DNA of 64,000 nt from an uncultured bacterium. GTDB lineage: Bacteria > Planctomycetota > SZUA-567 > JAKLDR01. The notes beneath the pieces are model-generated. The model made no database searches. It was given only the letters and a program-made list of their open reading frames with translations, and was not told where the DNA came from. Location: the NCBI GenBank assembly GCA_937935355.1, contig CALGYR010000109.1, positions 403 through 64,402 on the forward strand, in the 5' to 3' direction. This document shows, one piece after another, positions 1 through 8,457 of the stretch (position 1 is its first letter; each line of letters opens with the position of its first letter). The position numbers and the translations under genes are program-made.

Positions 1-1
1 C

Positions 2-109
2 CACCAGATGGGCGCCCCGCGGATCGACACGATCATGAAGATCAACACCCGCACCGACCGGGAGGAGAGCGCCGAGCGCATGATCCGGAGCGTCAAGGAG
101 AAGATGTAG
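2..109 (+). CDS. 3' end of an unknown CDS. The C-terminal fragment reads ...TIMKINTRTDREESAERMIRSVKEKM.
   Basis: Open frame running in from the window edge to TAG at 107-109. Third-codon positions are GC-rich, as in the rest of this genome. Confidence 0.4.
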   Translation, partial: HQMGAPRIDTIMKINTRTDREESAERMIRSVKEKM

Positions 110-116
110 AGGCGAT

Positions 117-190
117 GACTTCAGGGCTTTGGGGCTTCAGGGGCTTCAGGGCTTCCCGACTTCGCGACTTCCAGAGCGTTCCAGAGCGTT
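117..190. repeat. Tandem repeats (GGGGCTTCAGG)x3 followed by (CCAGAGCGTT)x2.
   Basis: Read directly in the sequence. Intergenic. Confidence 0.8.
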
Positions 191-353
191 AGAAGGCCGT
201 TTCTTGGGCAATCAGAGGCCTCTAAGGCCCCAAAAACGCCCTCAAGCAGCATCTAACCTGCGCCCGTTCAAGAACTTGCCGCGGTCCGACCGCGAGGGCC
301 TCCGCCGCGAGAGCCCCCGCGAGCCCCGAAGACACTAGCGTTGGCGAAGATCG

Positions 354-935
354 TTACTTCTGCCCAAGGTCGCGATATAGCCGGCCCGCGTAATACACGC
401 GACCAGTCTTCTTCATGATAACCAGCATGTCGCTGTTCTTGCGCCGGTACACTGTCGTTTCACCGGCACCCCATGCCTCTGCAAGGCGATCCGTTTTCCC
501 CTCCTGCCACCACGATGGACCCTTATCCCACTCGAACTGGAAATCTACCCAGGACGCGTTGCGACTCTCCTCTCTGTCGAAACCCAGTGCTCGGATCGAT
601 TTCGGTTCCAGATCAATCCCGGGGCCCAGACGGATGAACACCATGCTGTCCGACGAGGCAAAGGCGTAGCGCATTCGCTTCCACGTATAGACCTCACCGA
701 CGGACAGGCTTTGAACGTCCGCCAAATGCTCTCTGAGCAAGCGGATATCCTCGGCCTGACCGGGGGTGTCTGCGTCATGTTGTCTCTTCGCACGGACCCC
801 GAGAAATCCAAGAGTAGCCAGGGACGCGACGACGACTGCCGCCAGAAGTCGCTTGAACCAGCGCCTCTTCGGCTTCGGCGGCTCGTAGGCCACGGCATCG
901 AGGGTCTCGGCCAGCCTGGCCTGCTCATCGGTCAC
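354..935 (-). CDS. Hypothetical membrane-anchored protein, 193 aa.
   Basis: Complete ORF with an N-terminal TM helix (LLAAVVVASLATLGFLGV). GC is about 57%, lower than the surroundings. It is flanked on both sides by GGGGCTNGG tandem repeats. Confidence 0.55.
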   Translation of the reverse strand: MTDEQARLAETLDAVAYEPPKPKRRWFKRLLAAVVVASLATLGFLGVRAKRQHDADTPGQAEDIRLLREHLADVQSLSVGEVYTWKRMRYAFASSDSMVFIRLGPGIDLEPKSIRALGFDREESRNASWVDFQFEWDKGPSWWQEGKTDRLAEAWGAGETTVYRRKNSDMLVIMKKTGRVYYAGRLYRDLGQK

Positions 936-951
936 GGACGGCTCCTCCGCT

Positions 952-1015
952 CGGGGCTAGGGGCTAGGGGCTAGGGGCTCGGGGCTCGGGGCTCGGGGCT
1001 AGGGGCTCGGGACTC
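952..1015. repeat. Tandem repeat (GGGGCTAGG / GGGGCTCGG) x8.
   Basis: Read directly. Intergenic. Same unit type as the repeat at 117-190. Confidence 0.85.
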
Positions 1016-1034
1016 GCCGCGCCGGCCTACCGGA

Positions 1035-1910
1035 CTACTCGGGCTCCACGTAGAACGGCTGACTCCAGGCCATGGTCCCGGCCCGGCCCAGGCACTCCAC
1101 GCGGAAGTAGGGCCCGCCGTAGTCCGAGGCGTCCCAGGCCAGCTCGTGGCCCTCGGACCAGGCCAGGCGCGAGCCGAACTTGCCGACGACCGCGATGCCC
1201 TCGGCGTCGGGGGAGACCACCCGCAGCTCGGCGCCGTTCATCCCGATGCTGGCGATGGTCACGCCCGTCGAGGCGTAGAAGTTGCCGTAGGCCAGCGCCG
1301 CCACCACCGCCGTGGCCGAGCGCTCCGCGGCGCGCACCGCGCACCAGCCGCGGCCGCGCTGGACGCTGAAGTGGATGTCGTCGGTGGCCAGCCCCCAGGC
1401 CCGGCGGCCGGCGGAGAGCAGCCGGTCCCACTTGTCGGAGGAGACCGGGCTGCCCGGGTCCTCGACGATGCTGCCGTTGTAGACCTCGATGCCCCCGTAG
1501 CCCCAGAGCCGGCCGAACTCCTCTACCGGATAGTGGTTGTAGTCCCGGCCCCAGTTGGGGTGACAGAGCACGGCCAGCCCGCCGGCGGCGTTGACGGCGT
1601 CGATCACCCGCTGGCGGTCGGGGTTGGGCTCGATCCGCCCGGCGCAGCCCACCGCCAAGACGTGCCGTCCGCCGGCCGAGACCTCGCTGGCCGGCACCAG
1701 CACCATCCCGCGCGAGGCGAGGCCCTCGGTCGGGGCGACCACGTCGTGGTCGCTCAGCGCCAGGAAGTCGTAGCGCAGCGCCGCGTAGGCGTCGACCATC
1801 TCCTGGGGCGGGGCGTATCCGTCGGAGAGCCGGGAGTGGGTGTGCAGGTTGCCCCGCAGCCACACGCCGCCGGGGACCTCCGCATAGGGGCTCTTGATGC
1901 TCATGAGCAC
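1035..1910 (-). CDS. PHP-domain metal-dependent phosphoesterase.
   Basis: N-terminal NLHTHSRLSDG motif, the HxH signature of the PHP family, plus further His/Asp metal ligands. Starts with GTG at 1910 (an ATG lies at 1904). Confidence 0.8.
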   Translation of the reverse strand: MLMSIKSPYAEVPGGVWLRGNLHTHSRLSDGYAPPQEMVDAYAALRYDFLALSDHDVVAPTEGLASRGMVLVPASEVSAGGRHVLAVGCAGRIEPNPDRQRVIDAVNAAGGLAVLCHPNWGRDYNHYPVEEFGRLWGYGGIEVYNGSIVEDPGSPVSSDKWDRLLSAGRRAWGLATDDIHFSVQRGRGWCAVRAAERSATAVVAALAYGNFYASTGVTIASIGMNGAELRVVSPDAEGIAVVGKFGSRLAWSEGHELAWDASDYGGPYFRVECLGRAGTMAWSQPFYVEPE

Positions 1911-1973
1911 AGCCTAACCGGCGCAACCAGGAAACGCAACGACGGCGGCTGATCCTGATGCGCCGCTCGCCAG

Positions 1974-2091
1974 CCACAGATGCACACAGATGCACACGGA
2001 TGCACACAGATGGGGGAAGGAGCATGATTGCCGCAGTATCAGCCCCAAGTCCCATCGGTGTTCATCGGTGTTCATCTGTGGCCAATGCTGG
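1974..2091. repeat. Inverted pair of tandem repeats: (CACAGATGCA)x3-4, a spacer, then (TGTTCATCGG)x2 and GTTCATCTGTGGCC.
   Basis: The two arms are approximate reverse complements, which predicts a long hairpin. Intergenic, between the PHP gene and lemA. Confidence 0.8.
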
Positions 2092-2121
2092 ACATGGCGA
2101 CCGGGAGTGAGCTGCTCCCTG

Positions 2122-2694
2122 TCAGCACACGGCCACCTGCGGCGCCTGGCGCACCAGCGCCGATTCGATCTCGAAGAACTCCGCCGGCTTGAAGTCGAAC
2201 ATCCCGGCGATGATGTTCGTGGGGATGGACTGGCAGGCGTTGTTGAGGTCGCGGACGTTGCCGTTGTAGAAGCGCCGGGCGGCCTGGATGCGGTCCTCGG
2301 TGTCGGTGAGCTCCTCCTGGAGCGCCAGGAAGTTCGAGCTGGCCTTCAGGTCCGGGTAGCGCTCGGCCACGGCGAAGAGGCTCTTCATCGAGCCCACCAG
2401 CTGGTTCTCGTCGGCGGCCTGCTCCGAGGGCCGTCCGCCCGAGGCCAGCGCCCGGGCCCGGGCCTCGACCACCCGCTGGAACAGCTCGCGCTCGTGGGCG
2501 GCGTAGCCCTTGACCGCCTCGACCAGGTTGGGGATCAGGTCGTAGCGGCGCTTGAGCTCGGTGTCGACGTTCGACCAGCTCTCGGTCACCCGGTTCCGCA
2601 GGCTGACCAGGTGGTTGTACATCAGCGCGACGGCCACGATCGGCACGATCATGCCGAGGCCGAGGATCACCAGGAAAATCATGATGGGCGCCAT
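2122..2694 (-). CDS. lemA: LemA family protein.
   Basis: N-terminal TM helix plus conserved LemA motifs ([18 protein letters not shown], ...IPTNIIAGMF). Confidence 0.9.
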   Translation of the reverse strand: MAPIMIFLVILGLGMIVPIVAVALMYNHLVSLRNRVTESWSNVDTELKRRYDLIPNLVEAVKGYAAHERELFQRVVEARARALASGGRPSEQAADENQLVGSMKSLFAVAERYPDLKASSNFLALQEELTDTEDRIQAARRFYNGNVRDLNNACQSIPTNIIAGMFDFKPAEFFEIESALVRQAPQVAVC

Positions 2695-2750
2695 GGGCGG
2701 GCTCCTTCCACCCGCAGGCTACGCGGGCAAGGCGGAAAAGCAAACCATCT

Positions 2751-2852
2751 TGGCCACAGATGAACACAGATGCACACCGATGACGACATCGTCGCCGTTG
2801 TCGTTTTCATCTGTGTCCATCTGTACTACTGACGTTGTTTTTGTTGTTGTGG
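2751..2852. repeat. Inverted pair of tandem repeats of the CACAGATG family (GGCCACAGATGAACACAGATGCACACCGATG ... TTCATCTGTGTCCATCTGTAC).
   Basis: Arms are reverse complements with a 16-nt loop. The motif GGCCACAGATGAAC recurs at 2080, 4540, 43900 and 63580. Confidence 0.8.
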
Positions 2853-2862
2853 CGCGAAGGTT

Positions 2863-4431
2863 TTAGGCGATGAGCTGGGCAAGTTGCTTGGGGGTGGCTT
2901 GTCCGGCGCTGGAGAGGGCGGCTACGAGGGTATGGCCCTTATCCGTGAGGATGTAGCGGTGGGTTTTGGAGACCTTGCGAATCAAGCCGTGAGCTTGCAG
3001 GAGACGCAGCAGCCTGGAGGTCCGAGCTGTTTGGCGGCGTCGCTCGATCGGATCTTGGTCCGATTCAGGGGCGAGGGCTTTGCGCAGGTCGCGATTGCGC
3101 AGTCCCTGGATGGCGAATTCGCCACGGCCCAGAGCGGCCAAGAGCGGTTGATCCTTGCCCCAGGGGCTCAGGCCGCGGACGCGTCGATCACGCCACTTGG
3201 TCGGTTGGCACAGCGGCGGGAGGAGATCGCCCAGCCGTTCCGTGGCATCGGCCGCGGCCAAGGCCTTGAGGTAACGCTCGTTGGCTGCCTGGGAAATCTG
3301 GGCGCGTCGGTGCAGGTCAGCCACGCCGCGGCGCAGAGTTCGCCAGGAGCGCTCCCCTTTGCGTTCGCCTTCCTTGGTTCGGTAGACCTTGAAGTCCGCC
3401 GGTTCGTTCACGGTAGTCTCGACTCGCAGCACCGAGGCTTGTTTGTCGTAGAGCTTGATCGAGTTGGCGCCCACCGTGTGCTTCAGGCGCACCCCCTCCG
3501 GACGGTGCTTGAGATCGCTTACCACCTCGCCTTGAAAGCGCCGGTTGACCCGGCCGGTAGAGGCCGGCACCGCACGCCCGAGAAAGCGCATCACGTCGGG
3601 GCTCTGAAATGCAGTTATCCCGTGACGCACCAGCCGGGGATAGACTGCCCCCAGCCTTTCTGGCGAACGAAACATCACGTCGGTGGCCCACTCGCTCTGA
3701 CTGGCGCTCCAGTAGTACTCCTGCGGAGCGCATCGAAAGATCTTCTCGTGAGCCGGGTTGAGCTCCCGGGCGACGCGGCCAAGCAGCCCCGGCCAATCGG
3801 TCCGGAGCATCTCCTCGGCCAAGCTCTGGGCGCGCTTCGGATCTTCGATCCACACGAAACAATTGTCGCGCTGGCGGTAGGCCAGCCCGGCACGGTCGAA
3901 CCTCCGCGCCAAAGCCTCCCGACCGTTCAGGCAGACGTGCATGGTGAAGGGAAACCACGTCTGGATGCGGCCATGCATCGGACCCCACTCGGGAGACAGC
4001 CAGTAGTGGTAATAGTGCAGACACTTGCGAAACCGCGGCTGCAATTCCAGCAGCTTGCTCTCCCGGCTACGGTGAACCTCATAGGACCAGCACGGCTCGA
4101 CGCTGGAGAGCACGCAAACCAACCCCTCTCTGATACCATCCCGCGCGGCTATCTCCCTGGCCACATCCTCCTTCCGCAGCGACGGCGAAGCCAGGTATCG
4201 CACCTCCCGCCCAAGCCTGATCGCCTTGCGTGTCGATGCCGCCTTAATCTGCTCCGTCACCGCCTCCACGTGCGCCCCAAAGTCCTTCAAAAGCACCTGG
4301 CGATGCCACAGATAACTCATCATCCCGCCAACAAAACACAGCGAACGCAACGTCCCCCGGAACAGCAGCCGGTCGAACCCCGACAAAACACCCGTGACTT
4401 CAGGCGCCCACTTGGCTATAAACTCCAACAT
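2863..4431 (-). CDS. Hypothetical protein, 522 aa. The C-terminus looks like a MarR-like winged-helix DNA-binding domain. It may be the ORF of an IS-like element.
   Basis: Clean ORF. AGGAGGG RBS 6 nt upstream of ATG 4431. The C-terminus (...LLRLLQAHGLIRKVSKTHRYILTDKGHTLV) is wHTH-like. The gene is flanked by inverted GGCCACAGATGAAC / GTTCATCTGTGGC motifs. No DDE motif is evident. Confidence 0.65.
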   Translation of the reverse strand: MLEFIAKWAPEVTGVLSGFDRLLFRGTLRSLCFVGGMMSYLWHRQVLLKDFGAHVEAVTEQIKAASTRKAIRLGREVRYLASPSLRKEDVAREIAARDGIREGLVCVLSSVEPCWSYEVHRSRESKLLELQPRFRKCLHYYHYWLSPEWGPMHGRIQTWFPFTMHVCLNGREALARRFDRAGLAYRQRDNCFVWIEDPKRAQSLAEEMLRTDWPGLLGRVARELNPAHEKIFRCAPQEYYWSASQSEWATDVMFRSPERLGAVYPRLVRHGITAFQSPDVMRFLGRAVPASTGRVNRRFQGEVVSDLKHRPEGVRLKHTVGANSIKLYDKQASVLRVETTVNEPADFKVYRTKEGERKGERSWRTLRRGVADLHRRAQISQAANERYLKALAAADATERLGDLLPPLCQPTKWRDRRVRGLSPWGKDQPLLAALGRGEFAIQGLRNRDLRKALAPESDQDPIERRRQTARTSRLLRLLQAHGLIRKVSKTHRYILTDKGHTLVAALSSAGQATPKQLAQLIA

Positions 4432-4475
4432 GGCGTCCCTCCTCTCGGCCTGAGTGCTTTCTTTCCAAAAACACT

Positions 4476-5327
4476 CTACCAGAGTCGGGACGCCTTTTCA
4501 TTAGGTTGCGGTGGCCGGCCGAAGGCCGGCCACCGCGATGGGTTCATCTGTGGCTGATGGAGGCTCTCAACGTAGTACTCCTGCCGGAGGTGCCGCGGCA
4601 CCAGGTCCAGGAAGCCCGCCAGGAACTCGAGCGCCGCCTCGAAGCGGTCGGGGGCCCAGCGGTTGCCATCCCAGACCAGGACCTCGCCACCGTCGAGCTC
4701 CACCGACCAGCCCGGACGGGCCAGCAGGTGCTCCATCATCCGCGGGTCCACCAGGGCATAGGCGAAACGCCGGTCGGCGCCCTGGACGTAGAACTTTCTG
4801 GAGAACTCGTGGCTCTCGAAGTCGATGTCCTCGAAGCCGGCGGCCGCCGCGGCGCGGTCGGCGGCGGTCTCCGGCCGAATCACCGTCCGCGGGAAAAGCC
4901 ACGGCTCGTCCGCCAGGACCGCCGACAGGTAGCACAGGGCGGTGCTCTTGCCCTGCGGGGTCAGCCGCCGCTGGTAGAGATAGTCGAAGGCCCGGACCCG
5001 ACGGCCGCGCCAGTCCCCGGCCAGGACGTTGAGGGCCGACTGCTTCCCGGCCACGCCGCGCGCCAGGACGTCGAACTTCGGCCCCAGCCGCCCGGCCAGG
5101 CCGGACTGGTCGGTCTCCGAGAAGGAAAGGCCGAGCTCCCGGGCCTTCCCCGCGAGAGCCCGCGCACGCCGGCGCTCGCGCAGGTACCAGCGCAGGCTGT
5201 AGAGCAGCCCCCCGACGATGACGGCGAACAGGACGTAGGGAATGGCGTACGCCGCCGGCGCCCAGGGTGGCTCGGACGGTGGCGGCGACCCGGGCCCGCC
5301 GGCTAGGAGCAGGAGGGGCGCGTTCAT
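4476..5327 (-). CDS. Membrane-anchored paralog A of a five-member tandem family (possibly DUF3137-like).
   Basis: Start MNAPLL at 5327 overlaps the upstream stop by 4 nt (ATGA). One TM helix, then a conserved domain (FDYxY ... VIRPE ... DIDFESxEFS ... AYDxV ... MMxxLLA ... GW ... W ... P ... F). The C-terminal tail is encoded by a GGTGGCCGGCC/GGCCGGCCACC hairpin plus a GTTCATCTGTGG repeat. Confidence 0.75.
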   Translation of the reverse strand: MNAPLLLLAGGPGSPPPSEPPWAPAAYAIPYVLFAVIVGGLLYSLRWYLRERRRARALAGKARELGLSFSETDQSGLAGRLGPKFDVLARGVAGKQSALNVLAGDWRGRRVRAFDYLYQRRLTPQGKSTALCYLSAVLADEPWLFPRTVIRPETAADRAAAAAGFEDIDFESHEFSRKFYVQGADRRFAYALVDPRMMEHLLARPGWSVELDGGEVLVWDGNRWAPDRFEAALEFLAGFLDLVPRHLRQEYYVESLHQPQMNPSRWPAFGRPPQPNEKASRLW

Positions 5328-6115
5328 CCTGGCTCGTCCTCCCCGGCTCCCGGCGCCCCCGCCATCGCCTTGTCCCCGAAGACTTCCCGGGCAAGGCCGC
5401 GCCAATTGGCCAGCACGTGCGCCGGGATGCGTTCGACGAAGCCGGTCAGCGCCCGTATGGCCGGGCCGAACTGCCCGGGCGCCCAGCGTTTTCCGGTGTA
5501 GACCATGACGTCCGGGCCGGCAACCTCGAAGGCCCAGCCCGGGTTGGCCAGCAGGAACTCCATCATCCGGGGATCGACCACGTCGTAGGCGAACTTGCGG
5601 TCGGAGGCCCAGACGCCGTAGTGGCGGTTGAACTCCTCGCTCTCGAAGGAGTCCCGGGGCTTGAAGGCCAGCCCCAGCCTGCGGGCCAGTCCGGCCATTT
5701 GGCGGCGGCGGTCGTCTTCGGCCGCATGGTTCAGGAATAGAAGCGCGCCGAGCATCAGAAGGAGGACTCCGCCGGCGTAGCCCGCGCCGTCGACGGGACC
5801 GGCGAGCAGACTCCAGAGCAGCCAGACGCAGCTCGCAGCGGTCGCCAGGCCCAAGAGGACGTTGAGCGCGTAGAGCCGCCTGAACTCGCGCGAACGCACG
5901 CGCAGCCAGGACGAGGCCATGCCGCGAATGCCTGCGCCGCACAGGAAAAGCAGGGTCGCGGAGCCCAGGCCAACCCAGCAGATCCGGGCCCACTCGCCGG
6001 CGCAGAAGGCCAGCCCCCCCAGGAACCGCACGTAGAAGACCGAGACCGCCAGGCCCCCGGCCGCCGCAGCGATGGCGATCGACAACAGCCTGCGGTCGTC
6101 GAGCCTCAGGCGCAT
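5324..6115 (-). CDS. Paralog B: polytopic N-terminus (about 4 TM helices) plus a truncated C-terminal family domain.
   Basis: Start MRLRLDD at 6115. It shares the DSFESEEFNRHYG ... FAYDVVDPRMMEFLLANPGW block but lacks the FDYxY ... VIRPE segment. Confidence 0.6.
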   Translation of the reverse strand: MRLRLDDRRLLSIAIAAAAGGLAVSVFYVRFLGGLAFCAGEWARICWVGLGSATLLFLCGAGIRGMASSWLRVRSREFRRLYALNVLLGLATAASCVWLLWSLLAGPVDGAGYAGGVLLLMLGALLFLNHAAEDDRRRQMAGLARRLGLAFKPRDSFESEEFNRHYGVWASDRKFAYDVVDPRMMEFLLANPGWAFEVAGPDVMVYTGKRWAPGQFGPAIRALTGFVERIPAHVLANWRGLAREVFGDKAMAGAPGAGEDEPG

Positions 6116-6900
6116 CCCGCCGGCCTCCCCGCCGCCGCATCGTCCGGAGTCGGCGCCGACGCCAGGTCCAGGAAACCGCCGAGCACCTCGAGGGCCTCCT
6201 TGAAGCGCGCCGGCTTCCAGATCCGGAGGTCGTAGATCAGCGCGTCGGAGCCGCACATCTCGATGTACCAGCCCGGGTTGGCCAGCAGGTAGCTCATCGC
6301 CTCCGGGGTCACGAACCGCCTCGCGAAGGATTCGTCCCGGCAGTACACGTAGAACCGGTCGCTGAACTCCCGGTTGGACTCGAAGTCCACGTCGTCGATG
6401 CCCAGGGACGCGGCCAGCCGGTCGTCCCAGCGCTCCGGGCGGATCACCAGGTGCGGACGCTTCTCGTCGCCGATCACCGTCAGCATCGACATGTCCTGCC
6501 GGCAACCATCGGCGGCTCTGCTGGCCTCGGCCGTGGGATCGCAAGCATCGAAGGCCAACACTTCCCGAGCTTTGAAGCGCCCGTGGATCGCTCCGCCGTC
6601 ATGGTAGTATCTGCCGTAGACTGCGACCTCAAGATCGTCGACCGGCTGCACCGGCAAGCCGAACATCCCCCGGGAGAGCCGCGCGAAGAGCAGCGGCATC
6701 TGCGCAGATCCCTCCGGCAGGAACGCGAGGGCGAGTTCCGCTGCCACGGACTGCAACTCGCGCTCCCGCCGCCTGCCGCGGCCGTCCAGGAGCCTGGCGA
6801 CGAAGGCGGCCAGCGTCGCCAGAACGAGCGGAACGCCGAAGAGCAGCCCAATCTGCGTCCAGCGGTTCAGGCGGTCGAACCACTCCAGCAGTTCAGCCAT
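6106..6900 (-). CDS. Paralog C, membrane-anchored family-domain protein.
   Basis: Start MAELLEWF at 6900, 2 bp after the upstream stop. Carries the VIRPE, DVDFES and GWYIE motifs. Confidence 0.75.
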   Translation of the reverse strand: MAELLEWFDRLNRWTQIGLLFGVPLVLATLAAFVARLLDGRGRRRERELQSVAAELALAFLPEGSAQMPLLFARLSRGMFGLPVQPVDDLEVAVYGRYYHDGGAIHGRFKAREVLAFDACDPTAEASRAADGCRQDMSMLTVIGDEKRPHLVIRPERWDDRLAASLGIDDVDFESNREFSDRFYVYCRDESFARRFVTPEAMSYLLANPGWYIEMCGSDALIYDLRIWKPARFKEALEVLGGFLDLASAPTPDDAAAGRPAGCA

Positions 6901-7753
6901 GGCCACCGGCCTTCGGCGCGGCCTCCCGCGTCTCCCCCAGTTCCTTCCACACGAACCGCGGGACGCGGTCGAGGAAGCCCTGGAGCACGGCCAGGCCGGC
7001 ACGGAACTCCTCCGGGCTCCAGGTCCGGCCGGTCCAGATCAGGACGTCGGCGCCGTCGAGCTCGATGCTCCAGTGGGAGTAGGCCAGCAGGTAGTCCATC
7101 ATCCCGGCATGGACTATGTCGTAGGCCAGCTTGCGGTCGCGGCTCCTGACGCAGAAGCACCTGGAGAGCTCGTGGCTCTCGAAGTCGATGTCACCCAGGC
7201 CCATGGCCGCGGCGATCTTGTCGAGGAAGTTCTCCGGCCGGATCACGAGCTCCGGAAAGCGGCAGCCCAGCGTCGCCACCACCGCCGAAAAGCGGCGGGT
7301 GTTCCGGTGCTTGCCGCTGCCGGTCGAGTACTGGTAGTCGAAGGCCATTACCCGGCGTCCCCCATGCGTTCCCCAGAAGACGTTGCTCGCGCGCCTGGAT
7401 CCGCCGATGGACATGACTCCGAACTGCCCGAATCTTCCGGGGACGCCGGACCGGGCGGCATCGAAGAGGCCGGCCAGGAAGCCCTGACTCTGGCCATAGG
7501 ATCGGTCCGCCAGGGGGTCCGCCTCGGAATAGTCGAACCCCAGTTCCCGAGCCAGGGCCGCCACTTCCTGGCGCCGCCGCTTGGCGGCGTTGAAGCCGTA
7601 GACGAGCACCAGCACCACCACGGCGATCGGCGCCAGGCAGAACAGGAGGCCGCCCACGACCAGCGCGGCTGCCAGCAGAAGGGTCGGAATGGAGCCCACG
7701 GCGCTCAACCTCCCGAGCGCGAGGCTTCGCGCGCCTCGCCGAGCGCCTTCCAC
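6893..7753 (-). CDS. Paralog D, membrane-anchored family-domain protein.
   Basis: Very similar to paralog E. An alternative GTG start at 7699 would remove the overlap with E. Confidence 0.75.
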   Translation of the reverse strand: MEGARRGARSLALGRLSAVGSIPTLLLAAALVVGGLLFCLAPIAVVVLVLVYGFNAAKRRRQEVAALARELGFDYSEADPLADRSYGQSQGFLAGLFDAARSGVPGRFGQFGVMSIGGSRRASNVFWGTHGGRRVMAFDYQYSTGSGKHRNTRRFSAVVATLGCRFPELVIRPENFLDKIAAAMGLGDIDFESHELSRCFCVRSRDRKLAYDIVHAGMMDYLLAYSHWSIELDGADVLIWTGRTWSPEEFRAGLAVLQGFLDRVPRFVWKELGETREAAPKAGGHG

Positions 7754-8457
7754 ACGAACCGTGGCACGCGGTCGAGGAACCCCTGGAGCACGGCCAGGCC
7801 CGCGCGGAACTCCTCGGGCTTCCAGGTGCGACCGGTCCAGATCATGACGTCGGCGCCGTCGAGCTCGATGCTCCAGCCGCGGTGCGCGAGCAGATAGGAC
7901 ATCATCTCCGTGGTGACGATGTCGTAGGCCAGTTTCCGGTCGCGGCAGGAGACATAGAAACGCTTCGAGAACTCGTGGCTCTCGAAATCGATGTCGTCGA
8001 GGCCCATGACCGCGGCGACCTTGTCGAAGAGGTTCTCCGGCCGGATCACCAGTTCCGGGAAGCGGCAGCCGAGCGTCACCACCGCAGCCGAGAGGTGGTG
8101 GGTGCTCCGGTTCTTGCCGCTACCGGTATCGTACTGGTAGTCGAAGGCGGTCAACTGCCGGCCGCCGAGCTCGCCCCGCATGACGTTATAGCCCCTGTGC
8201 GAGTCGCCCTGGGAGAGCGCCCCGAACTGCCCGAAGCGCCCGGGGAGTCCCTTGCGCTCCGAGCCGAAGAGGCCCGCCAGGAAGCCCTGGCTCCGGCCGA
8301 AGGCCTGGCCCTTGAGCGGATCGTCCGCGGAGAAGGCCAGGCCCAGCTCCTGGGCCAGCGCATCGAGAGCCTCGCGCCGCTTCTTCGCGGCGACGATGCC
8401 CCAGACGACCCCGACGACGATGAGGGCGGCGAAGAGGGCGAAGATGGCGATGTGCAT
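7705..8457 (-). CDS. Paralog E, membrane-anchored family-domain protein.
   Basis: Start MHIAIFALF at 8457 overlaps the htpX stop (TGATG). Full domain present. Confidence 0.8.
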   Translation of the reverse strand: MHIAIFALFAALIVVGVVWGIVAAKKRREALDALAQELGLAFSADDPLKGQAFGRSQGFLAGLFGSERKGLPGRFGQFGALSQGDSHRGYNVMRGELGGRQLTAFDYQYDTGSGKNRSTHHLSAAVVTLGCRFPELVIRPENLFDKVAAVMGLDDIDFESHEFSKRFYVSCRDRKLAYDIVTTEMMSYLLAHRGWSIELDGADVMIWTGRTWKPEEFRAGLAVLQGFLDRVPRFVWKALGEAREASRSGG

